From Lophium mytilinum (Eukaryota): a stretch of 64,000 nt of DNA. The stretch lies in assembly GCA_010093605.1 (NCBI GenBank), contig MU004199.1, positions 310,001 through 374,000 on the forward strand, read 5' to 3'. A model generated the notes under the pieces. The model saw only the letters and a list, made by a program, of their open reading frames with translations. It ran no database searches and was not told where the DNA came from. Of the stretch, positions 23,201 through 35,300 are shown piece by piece; within the stretch, counting starts at the first letter, position 1; each line of letters starts with the position of its first letter. Position numbers and translations under genes: made by a program.

Positions 23201-23980
23201 GGCGTGCCCATGAAAACCATTGACTTCGAAAACAACCAATGCATGACTCCCCTCGCCGCAGCCGCAGCCCAGGGCCACGTCGAAGTCGTCAAGATCCTCC
23301 TCGCGCGCGGTGCCAACCACCGACGCGGCCTCTTCACCAGTCCGCTCCTAAACGCCACCAAAAACGGCCACGAAGCCGTCGTACGCTACCTTCTAGGAAA
23401 TGGGTTCTACGACGGCGGCGCGATTGACGAGTACCACCTCGGGCAATTCAAATTTATGACGGCGCTGCACATCGCCGCGCTGTTCGGGCACCACAACGTC
23501 GCGAACCTGCTGCTGGACAAGGGCGCGAACCACCGGCTGATGGATCGAGACGGGTTCACCCCGCTGCACATCGCGGCGGGCAAGGGGCACCATCTGGTGG
23601 TGGAGGTGCTGATTAACCACGGCGCGAGCTTTAGGGTGACGACGGGGGGCGGGTTTACGCCGAGTATTGACGCGGCGAGTAATGGCCATTTGAAGGTGTT
23701 GCAGGTGCTGTGTGAGAATGGGATGGGGGCGGATGAGGGGAAGTCGTTTATGACGGGGGATTGGCGGCCGATTCATTGTGCGGCGATTGCGGGACATCCG
23801 GAGGTGGTGCGGTATTTGATCAGTAAGGGGGCGGATCCGACGAGGAGGATTGTGGGGGGGTTTTTTGGGAGTGGGATGATTCAGGGGGCGACGCCGTTGA
23901 ATTTGGCGAAGAAGGGGGGGCATAAGGATATTTATATGATCTTGCAGAAGGCGATTAAGGAGAGGAAGAAGGGAAAGTAG
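20256..23980 (+). CDS. Ser/Thr protein kinase with C-terminal ankyrin repeats (2 exons; intron 20861-20913)
   Basis: Kinase motifs LGEGGYASV, ARKR, HRDIKPENIL, LADFG, YCAPE, DIWSLG. About 8-9 ankyrin repeats (TPLAAAAAQGH, TALHIAALFGH, TPLHIAAGKGH). Splicing GTAGGT..CTGAT..CAG gives ..MVLTKAVDLE. Confidence 0.92.
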
Positions 23981-24397
23981 GGGTAAATATTTTTGGGAGT
24001 TTAGGGTTGTTTTGGGTTCTACTGGGATTAATTTAGCGGGTGTAGGCACCATTTGTAATATACGGTGTCCATTTCTCGGGTCAGTATTGTTGCAAGATTC
24101 ATCAGGTTTGTGTATCTTTTGTGATTTTAGGTAAGTACCAGATATCTCGTCTGGCACCTGAGCCTCCTGTCCATCCACTTCAAATTGTTGCTCTCCAACC
24201 TTGCCTTTGAGGAAACTTCTCAATCTGCAAATCATCCGGTCAAACTTTTCTATGGAGTCTCTTTTCGCCTAATAGCCCCTCGCATCAAGAAGGTGTAGTA
24301 ACCATACCGCCTACCACTTCTCCAGCGTCTCGAGCTAGACAGTCCTCGCTGTCCAGAAGATCCACGACCAGAACCACCATTTTGACTTCCTCCTGCC

Positions 24398-25402
24398 TCA
24401 CTCTCCGTCCCACTCCTCGTCGTCGCTGGAGGAGGATTCCGTCGATTCATCGGAAGAACCTTCGAGGTGCGGAGGGGCTTCTTGGTATGTAACACGTTCT
24501 TGGAATGTAACACGTTTACTCGAAGGTCTAGACGGGGTTCTGTTGTCGTGAGGCTCGTTCTCATCTTCAGCTGCCGCCGGTTTTGTACGTAGGCGAGTCG
24601 GCGGGCGATCGTTTGCGGAGTGCGCGGGCGCTCTTCTCTTATACGACGTGGTGTTCGTAGGGCTGGGGTTGAGGGCAATCTTACTTCCGCTTCGGATGCT
24701 CATATGTTTGCCCTCGGGAGAGAGATGAGGGCGCAAGCGGGTCTCGCTGTGGTTGGTAGGACTGCCTCGGGTCGAAGACACGCTGGGTGCGCTGTGCGTA
24801 TCTGGAGTAGACGGATCGCCTAGAAGAGTGCGCGGAGCATACGGAGAGCCTCGAGGGAGCGAAAAATGCGGGAAGGCTTGGTGGCTATCGCGGCGTTGCA
24901 CTGAAGCCGGTGGGTGCGCGGGAATATCGGCATCGTCGCCATCGTCATCTGAATCGTCCTCTCCATTCTTGTCGTCTTCGTTTGTTGAGTCATACCTGTG
25001 CTCGTGGAGCCAGTCGCCAGCGAAGCTCTTGGCCCCAAAGGGACCCAAGGAGCGAAATAGGGCCTCAAGGGCCTCAATGGCCTCAAGCACCTTCTGACAC
25101 TGCCATTGCCGTCTTTCAAATTGGGCGGGGGTGCCGCTTCGGATATCAGTCAGAAAGGGGCGCACGACGCTGTGCGGCAAGCTTCCAATCAGGGTTCCAA
25201 TTCTCCCACGCACGTGAGCCATATCGGGCTTGAGGATGGAGCGTGGCGCAGCGGGCGTGATCGCAGGGGTGGACATGGTTGTTGGTGTTTCCTGGTCACC
25301 TACTAGCATCGGAGGATTCGACAACGGTGATGATGTGGTCGGAGCGTAATTCGGGGTTCGCATAGGAACCGCAGGAGATGACTGAGTGGCGTCCTTACAC
25401 AA
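24398..25402 (-). CDS. Hypothetical low-complexity protein (start uncertain)
   Basis: 334-codon ORF with a short helical segment (VRGRIGTLIGSLPH...FAGDWLHEHRY) and an acidic C-terminus. No family recognised. Confidence 0.4.
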   Translation of the reverse strand: MCKDATQSSPAVPMRTPNYAPTTSSPLSNPPMLVGDQETPTTMSTPAITPAAPRSILKPDMAHVRGRIGTLIGSLPHSVVRPFLTDIRSGTPAQFERRQWQCQKVLEAIEALEALFRSLGPFGAKSFAGDWLHEHRYDSTNEDDKNGEDDSDDDGDDADIPAHPPASVQRRDSHQAFPHFSLPRGSPYAPRTLLGDPSTPDTHSAPSVSSTRGSPTNHSETRLRPHLSPEGKHMSIRSGSKIALNPSPTNTTSYKRRAPAHSANDRPPTRLRTKPAAAEDENEPHDNRTPSRPSSKRVTFQERVTYQEAPPHLEGSSDESTESSSSDDEEWDGE

Positions 25403-26288
25403 ATGAGCCTTTCTGGTAGTAACTCCTTCGGGATTGTGGCGGGCTACCAGAAGTGTTGCCCGCGCGAGAAGCTTCTGTGCCGCAGGGGGTGTTTAATGAA
25501 CAAAGACTCCCGATGAGGCTTCGAAACCTGTCGTGGTGGGCGATGGAAGAAAGATGGGTCTTCTCGACCGCGGTTGTTGTTGTTGGAAGAGCTGTGAATC
25601 TCTATCAAAACGCAGGGAAGCGAAGTTGAGGGACGTGCGTGGAGAGCAGTGGGTCCCGTGACAGCGCACTGATGTGGCCATCGTATAGGTAGTTATTCTC
25701 AAGTCAGATGTGCACCATGCAATCTAGCCCAATACTGGCAGTCGTTGATAGAGCCCTCTGTATCTACACCTAATACAATTCCGGTCGCGCTCAGAATCTT
25801 CAAACGCCCCATGGTCCCTCGCCTTTTATCACAGCTGTCAAAACTGTCGGAGCCTGGCTACGATCGTCATGCCCTCGTTAATCATCCACTCTTCAAGCTC
25901 TCTATTATCAGGCCCTCTTACTCTGCAATCCGTCCATTCAAAACTCATTGGGAATCCCGCAACTCTCATAGCCCTTCGCATCTTAACCAGCGCTGCCAGA
26001 ACCGAAAAACCGAACCCCCAATACTCATGCCCTCATCAATTATCCGCTTTTCGGGCTGTCTGTTATCTGAGCTTGTAAATCTGCAGTCGTTCTACTCAAA
26101 GCCTGATCCACATTCATGCAACTCCCCATGGTTCGTCACATCTTTATCACCGTTGCTAGAACCGCCAAACGGAACCCTCAATACTGCTGCCTTTGCTCGC
26201 TAAAACCCTCTACTCAACTCAGTCAGCTAGGCATACACCTTATATGAGGATATAACTGCAACTTACGCTGACAACTCTGTTCATCTTT

Positions 26289-26573
26289 CTAGTTCAAGTC
26301 GGTGGCGGTTGAGGGAATGGGGGGAGCAATGGTGTTCACTAAGAAGTCAACAAGAGGCCACAAGGACTGCAAGCGCACTGCGTGTAATACCTTTAGCCAG
26401 AATCCGACTGCCCTTGGAGGAGCTTTGAGGTCGATGAGGTGCTTTCGGGCCTTCTGCTTGACTTTGGGGTTCCTTAGCAGAGCTCGGCGTGCGCGCGCGA
26501 GGCTGGCAGCGGCGGCTTTCTGCTCCTCGGTGGAGTATTTGGTTTCGACGAAATGGCCTTTTTCTGCTTCCAT
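26289..26573 (-). CDS. Possible small basic protein (94 aa)
   Basis: ORF with GCT-ATG start and biased codons; no motif. Confidence 0.3.
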   Translation of the reverse strand: MEAEKGHFVETKYSTEEQKAAAASLARARRALLRNPKVKQKARKHLIDLKAPPRAVGFWLKVLHAVRLQSLWPLVDFLVNTIAPPIPSTATDLN

Positions 26574-26789
26574 AGCGGCGATGAGGATTGGTTTTGGTGG
26601 TTTTGTGGAATCGTGAGATTTGGCTGTGGTTGGTGTTGTTGGGCGCGGTCTGTGAATTGAGGAGGCAGCGAAGTCACTTCAAAATAAAACACTAAGATCT
26701 GAGACTTTCAAGCACGTGTCATCCTCCTAGGCAGTTCTACATTCTCAAAGAAGTACCTCGTGTTTGCTAGTATTGCTTCACCTCCAGTC

Positions 26790-28733
26790 TCATCGAAGTA
26801 CGATCCCCCCGATCTCTCGGTCCTCCCGCAGCCACTCCCCATCCATAATTCCAGAAACATGAGCCTCTCCCACCAATCGCCACGCCCCATCTTCTCTCTT
26901 CCTAACAACAAACGGTACTTGCGCGCCCAGTATCACAACAATCACGTCCTCCTTCTCCGCCTCCATAGGACAAAGTCCCACATATCCCTCCTTAGAAAGA
27001 AATGGGCGGCTATCATACATTCTCTGCATGCGCCCCATATACGCGATAAAGGCAGCATGAGATGAACCATGATCTTTTCCCCGTAGTGCTGGATCTTCGA
27101 CGGCTTGTCGCATGGCATCATATGCATCCTTAGCCGGTGAAGTTGCTCTTTGGGGCCAGTTCACGACACCTCCGGATTCTAGGTCGCCGATCGGAATACG
27201 CCAGAGTGCTCCCGCCTTTTGATTATCATCGTACTTTGAGCTACGAGTGAGGAAGGTCGCGATGTTTTCGAGAACCTTGCGCGCGGCGTCGTAGTCGAAA
27301 GTATCCATTATACCACGAGACCACACGGCGCCGAGATCAGCAATGCTATCCACAACGCATCCTCTAAGCTCAATTCTATCATCTTGAAACCTCGGCTCTG
27401 GCTGTACTGACCCTCTCTCGGATGCTCTACCAGCACTAAACCACCGCTTCTCCATGTCTCCGCACCACGGCTCCCTATTATCCGCTGTCCAATCTGGCAC
27501 CCACGACGGCAACGCCAGGGAACCCCCCCTCTTCCTACACAGCATAAGGATGTCTATATTTCCATTCCTCAGCAACGCTTTCGCCGTATCGATATACGCC
27601 TCCTCGACCGAACAGGCGTCGCTGTAATCCGGCACGATTTCCTGCGCTACCGGGTCATTCGCAATACCCAACAGCGCGTACACCCTATCTTTTGGATATG
27701 TCGCCTTGATCTGAGTTCCCACAGAATCAAACATTTTCACCGTATTGACCCTTATCAGTAGGTTCTTCAACCGCAGATCCGGATGCGCTAGGTCTTTCAA
27801 CTTCTTCCTCCTCAGCCCGATAGTCACCGTAGGCATATCGACCGCATCTTCAAGAATCCTCATACTGCGCAAGTCTATCTCTAGGTTGCCAGTGCGAAGG
27901 TGTCGCCCAGCCCACGTACCAAAGACATTAAAGAAAAACACGACAGCCCAGAGTTTGGTATACTCGACTTCCCTGTCCCCGCAGCGGAAGATGGCAATGC
28001 GCGCGTTTGCGAGTTCTTGCAAACACCAGGCGCGCGTAAACCATGCGCGTTGCTTGAGGTCCGCAGGAAAAACGATAGAGAAGGGGTTCTTGCCTTCTAC
28101 TACCCACTGCTTGAACGTCTGCATGTAGCCGCTCACATCGCGTTTTACTTTAGCTATTCGGGGGTTGGGTTCGGTGGAGCAGTCTACGCCGTCCCAGCCC
28201 TGAAGCTCGTCCTGGCCAAGGTCCCATAGCCCGATGTCTAACAGTCCGCCGCCGAGTTTGTCGATCCATTCGAAGGCGGTGTCGGTCGCGGGGGTGGAGG
28301 GGCCGAGCCAGATGACGACGGCGGACGCTTTTTGGTAGATGTGGCGCATCAGCTGTACTTGGGTGGTTTTTTCTTCTGCGTCGGACTGGTTGATGCAGAT
28401 TGCGTCGATCCAGAGATGGCGCCTATCTTTTGCTTTGCGGAGATGGAGCAGCGCCTCGTGCAGGTTCTCGGTGATGGGAAAGAGGTGGCTGTTGAGGGTG
28501 ATGCTCTTGGTACGAGAGTTGGGTAGGCCCCATACATATGAGAGCGCGACGTACTCAGCCTCGTCTTCTAAGGCAAGGCGTCGTAGGGAACAAACGATGG
28601 GGTGCTCGGTGTCTGCGTTGTCGGGCTCAGGCTGGAGGAGCAGCTGTCTAATTTCTGCTGGCTCCTTCGATAGTGGAAGGGTGCTGAAAACGCGTTGTTG
28701 AGGATCCAGGGCACTTGAGGTTGCCATTGTCAT
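26790..28733 (-). CDS. Heterokaryon incompatibility (HET domain, HET-6-like) protein
   Basis: Contains YVALSYVWG, ITENLHEAL, LWIDAICINQSD.EEK..QV.LM..IY.KA..V.IWLG, WFTRAWCLQE, KDRVYALLG, LPSWVPDW and a C-terminal G..GL.P...D.....LG..VPFVVR....WRLVGEAHVSGIMDGE. Confidence 0.95.
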   Translation of the reverse strand: MTMATSSALDPQQRVFSTLPLSKEPAEIRQLLLQPEPDNADTEHPIVCSLRRLALEDEAEYVALSYVWGLPNSRTKSITLNSHLFPITENLHEALLHLRKAKDRRHLWIDAICINQSDAEEKTTQVQLMRHIYQKASAVVIWLGPSTPATDTAFEWIDKLGGGLLDIGLWDLGQDELQGWDGVDCSTEPNPRIAKVKRDVSGYMQTFKQWVVEGKNPFSIVFPADLKQRAWFTRAWCLQELANARIAIFRCGDREVEYTKLWAVVFFFNVFGTWAGRHLRTGNLEIDLRSMRILEDAVDMPTVTIGLRRKKLKDLAHPDLRLKNLLIRVNTVKMFDSVGTQIKATYPKDRVYALLGIANDPVAQEIVPDYSDACSVEEAYIDTAKALLRNGNIDILMLCRKRGGSLALPSWVPDWTADNREPWCGDMEKRWFSAGRASERGSVQPEPRFQDDRIELRGCVVDSIADLGAVWSRGIMDTFDYDAARKVLENIATFLTRSSKYDDNQKAGALWRIPIGDLESGGVVNWPQRATSPAKDAYDAMRQAVEDPALRGKDHGSSHAAFIAYMGRMQRMYDSRPFLSKEGYVGLCPMEAEKEDVIVVILGAQVPFVVRKREDGAWRLVGEAHVSGIMDGEWLREDREIGGIVLR

Positions 28734-28973
28734 TGATGTGGTTGAATTTAACTCCAGAATACGAGTACGTAGCTGAAGCCAATGGATCGGGTACCACCAT
28801 AGCGGGTGCGCCAACTAGTAGTCCGGAATACTAGATTCGATTGGGAAGGTAGTACCAACTTTTACCCTAGCTCTCGACGCTAAGCTCGTGTTCCTAGATT
28901 TGAGCCACAATACTGGAGAACGGTTTTCACATGCACTGGTCAATTGCTATGCTTTAGCTCCTAAGTGAAGGTA

Positions 28974-29320
28974 CAGTAAAACCTGGTTATAGTGATGCGA
29001 TTTGTGCCGAAGGGTCGTATTACAGTATAGAGAGTATCACTGTATCCAATGTCAAGTGCTGGTGATTTATAAGCCTCAGGCCTCCCAAAAACACGAAATT
29101 AGGGGGGTTTGAAGGGGGGTCGAAGGGGTTGGAGGTGCCACGGACCACCCGCCCATACAAAATTCCCTCTGGTTAGAGTGATTTTGGTGAGCCGGGGCTT
29201 ATAATACCATAGTAACCAGCTTATCACAATACCCTATATAAAAACCCACGGTTAGCCGAAATTTATCACTCTATAGAGAATATCACTGTAACCCGAAAAC
29301 ACTATAACCAGGTTTTACTG
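28974..29320. mobile_element. 347-bp MITE with perfect 21-bp TIRs and TA target duplication (pogo/Tigger-like, Tc1/mariner superfamily)
   Basis: TA|CAGTAAAACCTGGTTATAGTG ... CACTATAACCAGGTTTTACTG|TA. Subterminal direct repeat TATAGAGA.TATCACTGTA.CC at ~29026 and ~29271. Confidence 0.9.
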
Positions 29321-32300
29321 TAGTTGCAAATATCTGGACGCTCAACCAGTTCATCCCCCTGATAATGAGCAATGACCAAAGGGTGGAAACCGTAGCTGGA
29401 AATCTGACTACTACGACTGCAAGAGACCTGATATGTCAGTGTTATATACAAGCACTTAGGTAGTTCAAAACCTCTCAAGCACTGAAATCACGTGCTGCTT
29501 ACTAAACCCTCCGGAATCTCTCAGCTATTGGGGTATAAAACTTCGACCCCCGCTCTCCAACTTCCTTTTCAGGTTCATGGAGAAGGTGTCAAGCGTCTTC
29601 AACTAGGACGAGGGCCTCACGGTATGGATTGGGCGTCTGGGGTGCAAGTATGCCATTTCCTCCGTCTCATGGTCGGAGTGGGAACTGGGTTTCAACTAGA
29701 CAAGCCAACCGCTGTCATGAGCTGGGGAGTTTGCGGATGTGTACCTTCTAGTAGCGCAATGATGCTCACCACTACAGACTTCCACTGAAGCCCCAAAGAA
29801 GCACCGCCGACCTCGAGTAGCAACATGCAGGCAAGACACTGCATGATTGCTTATAGACCCTGGTCTTTACCGCCAGTACAACTCAGTGGTCATCACCAAT
29901 CTACATGTGGCACACCCACCCCAATCATGAAAGGTTTGAAGTGCTGTTTTTGCAGAACCACCCACAGCCATTGTTGATGCCAAGCTCTTCTTTTGCAGGA
30001 CCAACCCAACGACGCAGCCATTCTACAGCTTCTTTTACAAAGCAACCACAACCTCCCACCATTGCTGAACTTGCTGGTGGGTTTGCCTCCTCGTCCTTCT
30101 GAAGAGCTCCTTGTTCATGGAGGAAAAAATCTGAGGTCGATCTGTGGAAGTCTTTTATGGTCGCAAAAGAGGCGCTGGATAGCTAGTCACGGATCTCACA
30201 GCTCAATCACATGACTCGCCATTCCTCTCCAATCTGCCACTCTAGATAGCTCTATCGGTGCTTGCTACCTTCATATTACCGCTTGTTTGATCGCCCAGTG
30301 CTTTCTGAGAACCCGCTGGTGGCGCCCATAGCCCGCGCATCAGCGTCGGTCAAGTTTGCTCCCTCAAGGATGGTTCTGGTACGTCTGGCTCTCGCGAGGG
30401 TAAAAAGCTCCAGCGACAGGGAAAAGGTGTGCATCCGCAATTGTGCCGACCGTGGCACCTCCTTGCGCGTTCTATATGGCGACAGTTCAAGTCTACCGGT
30501 GCCGAGGGCAATGTCGCTGGTGGCTTGCGCTTAGCTAACAAGGTTGTTCGTTCCTGTTCGCATAGTACGCTTCATATCCCATCGCACGATATCGTCGTTG
30601 CCGATAAACATTTTCATTGCGTCTTGTAGTAGCTGCAGCTGTGCCGTTCGTTGTGCACGCGTGGCTCATGCTGTAGGATAAGTTCTGCCATCGCTGTCAA
30701 GTTGGCCTTGGTTTGCAGCGTCGTAGTGAATTGGGGCTGCGTACGCCTTCACTTCTCCATCTCTTTGTTTTCATTAGTCCAGTATCTTATCAAAGTTTCG
30801 TAACGTTTGAGGTTCAGTTTATGGATCAGTACTAGCAACTCAAATCGAGCACTAATACTTATATCTTTCATGCCTATTGCACTTCCTTGCTCCCTCTTAC
30901 TATCACTGCCTGAAACATCATCCGGCTAGAACTCGGCTCAGTACTTATCCCTAAACCGCATTTTTTCAGCTGTCTTAGAAGCGTCTTTCTACGCCTCTCT
31001 GGGACACCTCCGCGCAGCTCCAGCAAGGCCGCCGCGCCTGAAATCTTCCTCGCTCTCCTGTAGGACACTGTTTCGAGTCGGCTTGGGGAAAAGCGACCAA
31101 GCCTGCGTACTATTAGTTCGAGCGGCCGATGTAACATTCTCTCTCAAGTACAAGACTGCATCTGGATCCGGTACCAGTGGGATTCTCTCCATGAATAGCC
31201 TAATTCGAGGGACATCAAAGAGTCAAATTCCTCCCCAAGCAGCACCGCATAGCTATTGCTGACAGGATGGAGCAGCACGAATCAGATACAGTATGACGGC
31301 AGGCGGCGAGACAAAGGAGTAAAACCGGACGACGTGATTACGGATGGCTGAGGGTGGATCAACACCTTTCGAGGCGTCTGTAGTATACTCGGGGCAGGTT
31401 TGGCTACGCAGTGCAACGGAAGATGTGTACTTCTGAATTGCCGGCCGTAGACTCGGCTTGCCGAAATCTCACGGCCCATAGGTCCAATGTTGTGGCAACC
31501 GCGCACTGACCCGCCCACGTCTTAGGCTATATGTTTCCAGTAAATTCGATGCACTTCGCCTTCGGGCATTTGGTCAATTTGGAACGATACAGAGAAAATC
31601 AGCATGGCCCCTGCACTAAGGTTGACACGCGTCGGTTAAGAGTAGTTCCAAATATTTTTTTGTCATTGTTTGGGATCAGTGAGCCGCAGTTCGAGCCCCG
31701 CGGCGTTCGGCTTTCTTTTTTGGCAGATCGTGACACCTTTTTAAGTCCGGCATCCTCCCAGCGTAATGGACAGCGATCAAGAGCACGTAGTGTTCTTATT
31801 ATTGATCCTACTAATCTGCATCTTGCGCCTTTTGTCACTCACTCCAGATACAGATTAAAAGACGACGGCACATACGAATCGGGGCCGGTTTCTACCACAT
31901 TCGTGCCGCTGCAGAGCATCCCGCAAAGCCCTATGCTAAATCTGAACCCTGTTCGGCACCACAGCCATAGTCCACCTCCTCCTCTCCGTACCCCGCACGC
32001 CCGTCCTACCCTTCCCTACAGTGACTCTAGTCCATAAGTCTGCCAAGCGCGCGCGCAGCTGGGACGCAATTGATAACGACCACGACTTGAAGAAGTCCCG
32101 CATTGCTCCGCGTAATGGACTGGCCATAAGCGCTTGAAATCAGTAAAGCCCGCTGGACAATCTGGTTGCTTCCAGAGAGTGATTTTCGCAGAGACCCGGC
32201 AAACGACTCCGGGTCACGGTATCGTCTCGTGTCAACCTTTCTTCTGAAAGCTTTGCTGCCCTCGCTTTAGATCGCCGGTCAACACCAGAAGTCGCCAGCA

Positions 32301-35300
32301 CCCCTTCCCCCGCCCAGCCACACGAAGCTTGTCAACTCGGACAAGCCGGCACGTCCTCTTATCAACATTACCACCAAGCCACAGGAACCCAGACGGACCG
32401 TTCAAGCCACAAAGATCGACGCGAAAATGAGTAGAATCACGGACACCTGGCGGCCAGCCTTCGAAACGACTGTCAGGGCACAACACTCCCTGGAGCTATG
32501 GAATAAGCGTGTCAAATCGCGCCGTACCGCTCCACCACAGCGACCGATTCATAGCGAGCCGTGCAAAGATTGCCAGTCCAACAGGACCTCGAGGTGAAGG
32601 GGCAAGGGGGCGAGGGGGGCTCCGGTCTACACCATCTCTCACGGTGGCAACCAATGACGCGAACGACGCTTCCTTTGAGGGCGAAGACACAGAGACGGAC
32701 TCACCCAGTGGTACAGGAAGACGCCTCCACTCAGCAGGCCCAGACGGCGCCACTTGGGCCATTAATGTCAAGGATCTCTCAACTGTCAAGAGCCCCGACG
32801 TGCCAACGCCAGAGGGGCTTCACCCAGCCCGTTGTTTCGAGGGTTAGCCGCCGCGAAGGGAGCGAAATGGTATACTACACGGGTCAAGCAAGGATTCATT
32901 GCTTCAAAGGGCTGGCGGCTCCATAGCAGGGAAGCTGTGCATTCACGGCGTGCTCGAGGGAGAGCGTCCCGACTGAGCCATCGTGTAATACTGGCCGCGC
33001 GACGGCTGAGAATCACACGAAGCTTGCTGCCGGTTTGGGGAGTCCAACCCCAGTCGAGGTGCCCTTGAGGAGGCTGACGAGTCGTACTTTGGCAGGCTAG
33101 GATCGAAGACTCGAAATTGGTGCTTCATGGAGACAAATGTTGGCTCTCGTCTTACTTGGATTGCGGAGGCATAGCGTCATCAAAGCTGGGGCTCACTGCG
33201 ACCCACCGTGTGAATGGTGCGGATATCGATCACTCATTAAGTCACAGTGTAAGTTAGGAGACAGAACAGACATGGAAGTTTAAAAGCTCAAGCCGGCTTG
33301 GACACACTGACAAACTCTGAAACCTATCGACATCTACATACCGCAGTCACAACGCCTTTGCGAAGAGTAAATCAAGGCCGTCTTCCAGGCGCATCAAGGG
33401 CGCTACTCGTGGACCACTCCGCCCGTTGGTCCACGCTTCGCGGCAGTGGAGCGCGTCCCCTCAACAAAGCACATGACCTCACGTGCGTGCCCCACAAACC
33501 GCTTTCGACCGCCATATAAAACCACGGCCTCTCAGTCTCCAGAAGATTTCTTTCTCCATGGAGGATGGGTTCGAGGCGATCAAACTACTCGACATGGACG
33601 ATCTGATGGTCGGTAGCCTTGCGGAGGATCAACATCGCATCATGTAAAGTCCAATGCGGTGTTGGGTGGGCGGAGCAAAAAAGAGGGTTACACAGATTTG
33701 ATGGGTGGAGTGGGGGGGGAGCAAAACGTAGAGATGAATCCCTCCATGGGCGTGGGAGCGTCGGGAGTGCAGTCTGGCGTGACGATGAAGACCAGTACAT
33801 GCTCTTCGCGGTGGACAGTGAGCGCTATGAGTGGTTGTGAGGTGCAGCATTATATAGAGATCTAGGGGAGAAAATATGTTTTGAGATACATGTCGCTGAT
33901 TTGAAACTGCACACTGAAATCGAATACAAGCACCATAAAGGCCCCCATGGTGGCAAGTGTCCTCGCTCATTTCAAAGGGCCCCCAGGGACTAATTCGAAT
34001 CTACCTAGAGAACTATATTACGTCCGTCCCCCTCAGGCTCCATTCAACGTCCAAGACGACGAGGAGGAAACAAACAACAAGCGCGAGAAGAACAACATAT
34101 GGCTGCTCTGCTTGCGCGTTGAAACAGCGGATGCAGATGGGATGTATGGTGGAGTGGGGTGGCAGTGGATTTGCAGAATCCTGACATCCAACCTGCAATG
34201 GCTGGGGCAGAGGATCTTAAACGCACAATGATGAACGGCACTAATTCCTACTAAAGGGAAAAGGACTCGCTAAGTAGTAGCGGGTGTAGCCGCAACCGCT
34301 TAATGCGCATGCCATGCACCGCGAGGAGAACATAGTGGTCTTCATCGTTGTACAATACATCAGAAACCACACACCCACCACGCCATTGTTCGGGGCCTTC
34401 TAAGTTGTTGAAGGACCAGCTCCATCGAACATCTTCCTGAAGTGTTTTGCTCCCTCCTCCCGTCCACCATCACGTTGGCTTGTCTATTATTTTACAACCG
34501 ACCACAGCCATGTGCTGCTCTTTCGCATTGTGTTCAATCAACCCACCGAAACCATCCTGCCCATGAGAAGGAAAATGTTGGAGCTGATCAAGGCGGGGCT
34601 TTATGGCCAGGAAGAAGTGTCGAATGGGCGCTCGAGCCAAGGGCACGTGAGGGCACGTGTGCTCAACTAGTTTGCGTGCACCAGCGCGAACCAGTACTCT
34701 AAGATGGAAGAGCGGCAGGAGATCTCACGTGGGTGGCCTAGAAGAGCGTGACCGAACACTGTGCGGAGACAGATAGGAGGAGGTTCCGCTTCGCAGACAG
34801 CTTGGGAACTGGGGTCTGGTAATCCGCACAGGCGGGAGGGTTGAGGTATCTTAAGCACGGAGAGTAAAACGGGGCAAGAAGAGGGAGTAGTGAGAACATA
34901 AGCTCTGTACTTAACTCACGCGTCAGGGGTGAGATCCCTGTATCGAGCTTTGAACTTGGTGTTTTTCCATACAAGTGCATGAAAATTAGCTGCCTAACTT
35001 AGAACATCAAAAGCCCCACACAAAATGCCGCGCACCACAATCACTCCTAGCGCTCGCTCTGTTGCTCCGCATCGTTGGTAGGGTCCAGTGGTCTCCATCG
35101 TTATACCCTTCAAGCTACACGCTCACTGGCCATTGCTGGTAGAAGTCCATACTTCCGCAAAACCGCTATCACCACCATCACCAACTTAACCACCACCGCA
35201 ACCCCTTCCCCCATAGAGATCATCTGCGTTGTGATTTGCACCACCCAGAAGCACAACAGCCATGATGGGACTTGACAGGAGATGTTAATCCAACTCCACT

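Noticed and set aside
30250..31192. Possible frameshifted gene on the minus strand
   Set aside because: Multiple stops and no recognisable motif, so neither a CDS nor a pseudogene call can be supported.
7000..31200. Starship giant transposon explaining the accessory block
   Set aside because: No tyrosine-recombinase (DUF3435) captain or other Starship marker genes were recognised in the window, and no boundaries were seen.
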